From the NCBI RefSeq assembly GCF_009914755.1, contig NC_060931.1: DNA of 64,000 nucleotides. One strand, 5' to 3'. Source of the DNA: the human T2T-CHM13v2.0 reference genome, Homo sapiens. Below are positions 55,095 through 64,000 of this stretch, piece after piece. Made by a program: the position numbers and the translations under genes. Every line of letters begins with the position of its first letter. Position 1 is the stretch's first letter. The notes under the pieces are model-generated. The model saw nothing but the letters and a program-made list of their open reading frames with translations, was not told the origin of the DNA and did not search any database.

Positions 55095-55520
55095 TGTTCA
55101 TTCATTTATTGCTAGAGCTAAGCCAAGAATTGTGCGGGGTACTAAATATACAAAATGAAGTAAGTGGTAAGCGCAAAGATGCCTAAGTTGCTACGTGCTT
55201 GGATGATATGTGTAAATATTCAACATGGACCCTGCCTTCAAGAAGCTCATAATTTCAAGAGAATGTAAGGGAGATAGTTTACTATGCAGCATAATAAGAG
55301 TAATATGGCAGATACTCAAAGGGAAAGATAAAATCAGAACGAATGACAAATTATTCTGGAGAATAAGAATGAAGAAGCCTGCACAGAATAGAAAAAAAGA
55401 TAATGCCTGCATAGAATAGATAAAAAAGAAACTGAGACTTTAATGATGAAGAGCATATATATTTTATTCACCAGGTAAATATGGTGAGTGGAGATGAAGA
55501 ATTGGCATTCTGAATACATA
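55095..55520 (-). mobile_element. L2 fragment
   Basis: ttcattcatttattg...catggaccctgccttcaagaagctcataattt. Confidence 0.55.
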
Positions 55521-56267
55521 GGGTAACATATATAAGAACTATATATTACATAAACTAATATTTAAATAATAGATTCCAAAAGAATAGAAAAGTATTAACA
55601 TGACATTATACATCTAACGACCCATTAGGTATTTTTAAAATTCCCTCATTGGAGTAATAGCTACACAAAGAATGGAGTTACTGTAAACCTTAATCTTTAG
55701 CCATTTTACTTATTTTTCTGATCTAATATTTTAAGATGTCAGTAAATTATACATGGTATATGCATATACAAGAATGTGTTTGAATGCTAAGGAAACATAT
55801 GAGAATTTATAAATCTTATATTCCCTCCTCAAGATGTGCTACCATGTTATAAAATTAACTTTGATATTTTTACATCAAAACATGAGACTGTTTTAATATT
55901 TCAATAATTTTGAAGTGTATTTTTTCAGATTTTATTTAGGTAAATATGAAGACTATGATGAATAAAGATTTTGTAGATGAATAGAGTGACTACCAAATAC
56001 TTATAAATCTGATTGCACACAGGACTAGAAAAGTCTATTTTATTATTAAAGAATTATTTATAATAGTAAAATACTAAAACTACCCTAAATATTCAATAGT
56101 AGTGGAATTACTAGATCAATTAAGGCATATCCATAAGTTGGAAATACTATGCAGCTACTAAATGCTGATTTTTAACAACAACTTTTGGGAAAATTGTCGG
56201 GGTTAAATATTAAGTATGAAAACTAAACAAAACAGTTTTAAAATTTATTTTTAAAAATTACTTTTTT

Positions 56268-56617
<350 letters not shown>

Positions 56618-57018
56618 TCACAAAAGAAGTAGCCTGAACTAGTGTTTTATAGAGTTGGAACTCAGCTGACAGGTTGGTTCCAGGGTGGTGTTCTTAGCCA
56701 CTATCCAACACTGCCTCCCTAGCAAGTTACTAAAATGTTAGTGATCATACTCTCCTAATGTGCAATTATAGTTGCTTTTAACTTCTTCTTTTTACTTCAT
56801 ATATTGGCTCAACTCTTTGTAATTAACATGTATTAACAGTTCTACTATAATATACGTCATTTTTTTGGATAAAGAAAAATATGACAAAGGAGTTAGTACT
56901 GAATTTATCAACTAGACTAACTGAAAATTTTTCTTTCTCACCTATATTAGTCTTGAAATCAACATGAGTGTTAATTGCTTCTATTCAGATAATAGGTGAA
57001 GATAGATGAAAGACATCG

Positions 57019-57043
57019 CATTCATTCATTCATTCATTCATTC
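57019..57043. repeat. (CATT)n microsatellite
   Basis: cattcattcattcattcattcattc. Confidence 0.9.
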
Positions 57044-58408
57044 GTGTGATAGCTAAAATTGTAACCACTGCATTTCCTATAGTTGTCTAGTAAATGATAT
57101 AATGAGATTCTACTTTCAATGTACATTTTGTGAAGAAAACATGCCCATTGTTCTTGGTAGTATCCTTTAGAAGTGATACCATTTTTCTAACATACTGGGT
57201 TTAATATCTAAATAAGCAGCTACATTTGGAAGAGCTAACTGCAAAGTTAACCTAGGTATATATTAACCACCAATCAATGATTGAGAGTGATAACACTATA
57301 CCAACTTATGGAATGCTAGTTGCACCTTAGAGATAATATAATTTAACTTTATTCAAAACTCTCATTTTTACAGATAAATAAATTATAGCCCTAAGTCTTC
57401 TGTGAAACAGTTATTCTGGCTAATTAGTAACAAAATTAAGATGAGATTCATTCATATTTAACAACTTGCATGTCAAATTCATTTCATTCTGTAATATTGC
57501 ATCCAATTATCCTAATGTTTTACATATTTGTTTGAAAATATTTTAATAATTTATTTTTCAGTCTTCTAATAAAGACATTACAAATCTAAATGCAAATGTG
57601 TTTGTTAAATGAAAAAGAAATCCTAATGAATCCTGTATTGCTTTGGGTCATTTTGAGGGAGTATAATGTTTTTACAGTCTCTATTTTGTACTGCAATGAA
57701 GAGTGAATTTACAAAGTTTATCTGTGATATTAACATAAGTTATTTAAGGTGCTTATGTGATAAAATATATAAAACTATATACATAATTCTTAAATAGGTA
57801 TCAGTTTAAGGCCATTAATGGGAGACATCAAATGAACAATGTGTTTCATGGGAAGATTTTTATAAAAAGGAAAGTTGGTAGCTATTATGTAAAATAGGTA
57901 TGTATAGCTTTTGAAAATAAATAATATATTTTTCTTCTGAATAATTTGAAGAGTCTATCTAATGTTATAGTCTGTCTCACTTTTTAAAACTGTTTCTCAC
58001 CTGCAGCATCCTTAAATTTAAAACTGTAATAGGTATGCTGGAACTATTTCTTATACTATGTTTCAATACAGACCAACCTATTATGCAAAAGAATGGTTCA
58101 CTAAAAGCAATCTGAGAAAAGGGGGAAATAATAAGCAATTCAGGAAACTATCAGAATCATTATGGCCTGACTTAATCCACAGGTAAATTTTTGAGAATCT
58201 GTAAGAATACTGCATATCCCCTGGGTAATGCTCCATAGTTACTGTTTTGTTCATCTGAGCATTGAAAAATATTGAACAGTGGTGTATTTTATTTTTTCTT
58301 CCTTACTGGTACATACATGACTAATTTGCCAGCTGCCAGTTATTTCAGTGCAGTCATGTCATAGATTGCTGGCTATAGAAAACAATTGTGTAATGCAGGA
58401 TTGACTTC

Positions 58409-58789
58409 TGATATGGTTTGGGTCTATGTTCCCACCCAAGTCTCATGTCAAATTGTAATCCCCGATGCTGGCAGTGGGGCCTGGTGGGAGGTGATTGGAT
58501 CATAAGGGCAGATTTGCCCTTCGGTGCTGTTTTTGTGATTGTCAGTGAGTTATTGCTAGATCTGGTTCTCTAAAAGTGTGTAGCTCCCTCTTCTCTTATT
58601 CCTGCTCTGGCCAGGTGAAGGTGTGCCTGCTTCCCCTTTGCCTTCGGCCATGATCGTAAATCTCCTGCGGCCTCCCTAGCCCTGCTTTCTGTACAGCCTA
58701 TGGAACCTCGAGCCAATTAAACCTCTTTTCTTTGTAAATTTCCCCGTCTCAGGTATTTCTTTATAGCAGTGCAAGAACGGACTAATACA
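58409..58789 (+). mobile_element. MSTA/MSTB solo LTR
   Basis: tgatatggtttgg...gaacggactaataca; TSD acttc on both sides. Confidence 0.94.
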
Positions 58790-59087
58790 ACTTCTTATGG
58801 AAATTAAATCCCTAACAAGGCTAAGTTTCTAAATAAAGGTCACTCCATTTATCCTACGAGGTGAGCCACGTAGAGAAGTGAGATAAAGATAAAGAACTGA
58901 CACTCATTGATTCACAGGTGCTGTTGGAACAGAGTTGATGGGATTGTTCACAGAAAGCCTGAAAAAATCCCAGAAAAGTGCTACATGAAGTGTACTTAGA
59001 AGCCAGAAGTCATATAGGCAACCTGAACATCAGAAAAAAATAGTGCTTTGGTAGTCAAGGATGAAAATATTTCAATAATAATTTGGA

Positions 59088-59400
59088 GGCTAAGTGCAGT
59101 GTCTTATGCCTGTAATCTCAGGACTTTGGGAAGCTGAGGCAGGTGGATTACTTGAGGTCAGGAGTTCAAGACTAGCCTGGCCAACATAGTGAAAACCCAT
59201 GTCTACTAAAAATACAAAAATTAGCTGGGCATGGTGGTGGGTGCCTGTCGTCCCAGCTACTCAGGAGGCTGAGACAGAAGAATCACTTGGACCTGGGGGA
59301 CATAGGTTACCGTGAGTATAGACCACGCCACTGCACTCCAGCCTGGGCGACAGAGCAAGACTCTGTCTCAAAAAAAAATAAAAAAAAATTAAAAAAGAGA
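59088..59400 (+). mobile_element. AluS (Sz/Sx)
   Basis: Full dimer, A-tail. Confidence 0.92.
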
Positions 59401-60932
59401 ATAAATTGGCCTAAAATATAAAATATAAAATGTCAAAGAGGAACCAAATGAGATTAAACTGAAGGTTAGCTGTTATTTAGGCAATTAGGATGTTACTATT
59501 GACATTGTCTTTGACAAATAAAGACAGATTGACCTGCACTTAGCACTACATGAGATATCAGAAGGTGCCCAGTCTTAAGAGAAATTTGACTGGCAGATGT
59601 TTGTTTGGTGGTGATCTAGGGTAGATTTAGGTCATAAGAACAGAAACTATTTGTAGTCTTAAGAGGGAAGAGTTTTATAAAGGCACAAAAGGCAGAGAAG
59701 ATACTTGATGGAGCAAGTCCTGGGGAGGTGGAGGAGGGTGAAATCAAGGTCACAAGTGAGAGAGGTGATCTTGGAAAATAGAGAGTATACCTACTAGAGA
59801 GAAAACACAGATTCTAACTACCGGATAAGGTAATTGTCGTGAGCATAAAACAAAGATTTGCAGATAGTGCTCAAGATTTTAAACAACTACTTAGAGATCA
59901 GTTTTAGGGGCTGATTAGAGTAAATAACTAGAGTTCTAAACAGAGTATGGGCTCATTCAAAAGAAAAATGTATCTTAGTAATCATGAGGAGATGGAAGGC
60001 TTTCTGATTCTCCCTAGCAGTGCTTGGCAACCAAAGATTTGGAGTAGAGGAAGGAGATAGATTTTTTTAGAAATGGGATTATTAGGATAGTTGTGGTAGA
60101 AAGACAATTAGACCAAAGAGATAATTGAACTGAACAATGAAGGCTCTTTGGACAATCTGAATGAAACTACAAGTATTGGGATGCCAAACTAAAGGTGGGT
60201 TCAGGAAACCTTTGGGGCTTAGGGTGTTGCTTCCAGTTTATTTTCTATATAGGTTTATCTCTAAATTTTTGTCAAAATTTGTATCAGAACTTGAATGATT
60301 TGACTACAATTACTTCAACTCTAATTATTTATTTTCTATAAACACAGGCCAAAGGGAATGGAAAAATATCAAGCACAAAATGGCATCCAGTAGTTCAAAA
60401 TTTTTGCCAGTCTATACATGTGGTTGATATAAAGTAATGATGCAGGAAGCAACCTCATTATATAAATATTCACCATGCAGTTGTAAAGCTTAATGAAATT
60501 ACAATGAAACTATATTAGAAAGAATAGCTTAAATCCTAATTACTCCCCGAAATGACAAGAGCCAAGGTCACTGTTGGTTAAAAATACAAAACTATATTTG
60601 ATGTATTTTGTTTGTTCGCAGTAGATTTCTTTCTACTCAGGGAGGCAGAGAAGAAGTGATGAGATAAGATGACTATTTAATATATTCAGCTCATTTCACC
60701 CTGAAATGTGGCTTAAAGCCAGCTAGAAATGTATTTTCTAGCTTTAGCCATTCCTTTATGTTTAATCCATGATACTTATAAATATATTTATCCAAATAGG
60801 TCAATATTATACATATCTCATTGAGAAAAATTACTAGTTAATTTACTTCTTGGTTATCTCAGATTTATTCTGAAATGTATTATGTTATTATCATAGATTG
60901 CAAATAGAAAAACTTGTCTTTTGCTCTCCTTA

Positions 60933-61250
<318 letters not shown>

Positions 61251-62230
61251 AGCATTTGAGAGTTTGGATTTTTGACCTCGGAAGCTGTTGTGAGGACTGA
61301 AGTTCAGTCAAGAGGGTGAGGATAGGCTTTGAACTTTAAATGTTAATCTTTATTAATTTTATCTTAAATGTGTGCATGAGGTGTTCTGGATAGAATACAG
61401 ATTATTGCTACTGACTTAAGAAGCAAATAATGATTCTGTAATTCTCTTTACTCTGATTGTTACCCCTGGCCAATGTGATGAAACCTAATTACAATGCCCT
61501 AGAAAGGCAAACTTCTAATAAGAGAAAAAAGGAGAAAAATTGATTTTCTCTGCTTATGTACTGGAGAAAGACATAGCTGCCTCCTCCTACCCTCCCAAAA
61601 TAAAGAAGAAAAATCTTTCCTTCTCAGACAAGGATGAAAAAGAACCCATGTTCTCACTGTAATATTTTGGAATGTAAATACATCTCTCCAAGGCCACTGG
61701 ATTCTGTGACAGAAAGATGTGTACATAGTTTTAGACCTTTTTTTCCCTTGAAATATAAATTCATACATATAGAATTAGGTCAATCTCTGGAGTTCTTTTA
61801 CTATCTGTACAGTTGTAAATAAACTTCCCAAGTCTTGCTCTCATTTGAAGATCCCAACTTTCAGAAAAATTTATTTAGATGGCCCCACCCCCAGAAACAC
61901 AAAAGCATTTCCTCTTTCTCCATAATAGATGATCTAGGGCAATTTTGGAAAGAGGTGATAGGAAAATTGGAGAATAAGTTACAGGCAATATGCAGATGCC
62001 CATGACCACTTAGCCAGGATGTCAGCTAGAGTGACTACCTGACATGTGACATGTTTAAACATGACGCCAGGGCAGTCCAGGGACAGATTCTAGGCAAAAG
62101 TCCTCACGTGAAAGAGGTCAGCATCAGGTATAAAAGCTTATAAGATAAACTTTGATTCAGGATGCAGAAAGATTTTTTGAAAATGTGTAAATTGCAAGGG
62201 AGTAGAAAACAAAGTAGAGAAATAGGATAA

Positions 62231-62628
62231 TGTTCTGTGTTGAGCAGGTATGTACAAACCTGTCCCCAAAGGTGGAGGGAGCTGAGAAGCCAAAGAAAGA
62301 GGCTGAGAAATCCAGTTTCTCAGAAAGAAATATTTAATAGGGACTTAGGAACAGAGCAATATCCAGGCCAGCCATGAGATAGTGGATCCCTGCACCCACT
62401 CTCCATTAAGTGCCCTTTACGTAGCAAGCTTTTATGGTAAAGACATGTGCAGCTGGGCAAGGGGGGCAGTTGGATAAGCATCCTTATGTGGGGTTATCTA
62501 TGCTCCAGGCATTGTTTAGAGACCTTGCTGCAGAACAGCATATCATGCAGGAGTAAAATATCGGTTATCATGGCAGTTTCGCTTTAAGATGGCGTCACTC
62601 TTGCCATGCAGCAGGCCGTTTTCCTATA
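62231..62628 (-). mobile_element. ERV solo LTR (family uncertain, possibly LTR47-like)
   Basis: T(A/G)TAGG...AACA termini on minus strand, 5-bp TSD gataa at 62226-62230 and 62629-62633, GCCATCTT YY1 motif near the 5' end. Confidence 0.75.
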
Positions 62629-62639
62629 GATAAGAACTT

Positions 62640-63120
62640 GGTTCTTTATATTATGAAATTCCTAAATTATATACCTAGATGGGTCATTTTAAAATTCATT
62701 CTTTCACACTTGTATGCCCTTTCCTTTTGAAGACTCATGTCTCTTCCCTTCAGTCCTGGAAATTTTTCCTTTATTATTTTTTTGATAATTTCTTTCCTTC
62801 TCTGTTTTCTATTCTCATTTTAAAAAATTTCTATTAATTAGGTCCCAGATTTATTGGATTAATATTCTGCCTTCTCTTATATTTTCTGCATTTTTTCTTG
62901 ACTTTTGTTCTATATTCTGTAAGATTTCCTCGGCTATTGTTCCCTTCTTTCTAATATTATTAACTTATGCAAATATATATTTAAGTTCTAAAACCTCATT
63001 ATTATTCTATTTGTCATAGCTTTATGTTTTGTTCTGTGAATGGAATATCTTCATACATATCTGAGGGTAATATTCACTTTTTATTATTTTTTAAATTATC
63101 TGTTTTCCCTAAGGTTATTT
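62640..63120 (-). mobile_element. Old L1M 5'/ORF1-region fragment
   Basis: gaagactcatgtc...cttcagtcctggaaatttttcctttattatttttttgataatttc. Confidence 0.65.
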
Positions 63121-63125
63121 TTTCC

Positions 63126-63607
63126 TATAAAGAAAAAAAAAAGGAGCTCAGAGCTGTGCAAAGAATGTAAAGTATGCACAACTTACCAAACTCAGAGAGA
63201 AATGAGAATAAGCCTTCATAAGGCTGGGGGACACCCACCCACACATGCCTCATTGTGGGGAAGTGTTTAAAGGCAAATTGTTCTTTCTTTCCTTCCCTGT
63301 AGTTTCCACACTCACTGATAAGTTACCTAAAATGCTATCACAAGTTGCACAATGTGACCCTCACCCATTATCTTCATGCTCCTGGAATTTGCAATGCAAA
63401 GAACAATGTATACTTAATCAATAGCTTATGTTCAACTTAGAAGCTGCCCCTTCATTTTTCCTTTAAAAGCACACTTGTAACGTTGCTAATCAAAGCATAT
63501 AATCAAGGCAATTTGAATCTGTCTCTCAAGTTGAAGGACTCAAATTTGGCCCAAAGAAACCCTCTACTTATAATAATGTTGCCTCAGTTTCTTTCTTTAG
63601 GTTGATA
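63126..63607 (+). mobile_element. ERV1 (MER34/MER4-group-like) solo LTR
   Basis: aaagaacaatgtata...aatcaatagcttatg...cctttaaaa...ctcaaatttggcccaaagaaac...ttctttaggttgata. Confidence 0.7.
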
Positions 63608-64000
63608 CCTGTTTGGCTATGCTTTTACAATAAAGCTTTTTTCAAATGTCACATGATCCATTATTATCTGTCCATATTTAACAATAAAAAGTGTGACTAG
63701 GGGCAGTGAAAAGCAGTTGGGACTTCCTAACAGACAACTTCTTCAGTTTGGAGTGAATGTTACAGAGCCAGCAGTTCTGATGGTGCATCCCAAATGCCAA
63801 AAGGAAGGAGTTTCTGCTCTGTGGTGCTTTCACACAATTTTTCCTGGTTCTCCTAAGACACTTTTATAAAAAGAAAGATTCCTGACTATTTTTGTTAAAC
63901 TTAACGTGTGACTGTAGGTCAAGTATTGAGGTATTGGAGGAAAGGATCTTCCTTATAGACTTCCAGTTAGTTCAACTTTTCGATGCACCAACCCTCACTC

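Overview
Primate (human-like) genomic DNA, AT-rich and CpG-poor, with no CpG island, no recognisable intact protein-coding exon and no RNA gene. It reads as intergenic or deep-intronic sequence. Roughly half is recognisable interspersed repeat: about 23 Alus or Alu fragments (J, S and Y types), L1 pieces of several ages, L2, MIR, MaLR LTRs (MST/THE1/MLT1), a deleted HERV-L/MLT2 remnant with a dUTPase fragment, two other solo LTRs, and DNA-transposon relics (MER1B, MER3, MER5, MER30, Tigger3a, MADE1). The ORF track is essentially repeat-derived or chance. The most notable object is a 5'-truncated SNRPB retrocopy (SmB isoform) inside an L1PA. It appears semi-processed: the last exon junction is spliced, but ~165 nt of apparent upstream intron with its 3' splice site is retained. 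Other points of interest are two triplicated target sites, a microhomology-type HERV-L deletion, several local duplications and candidate regulatory motifs. I see no evidence of a new multi-gene biological system. Repeat subfamily names come from remembered consensus sequences, and boundaries of old repeats are approximate.
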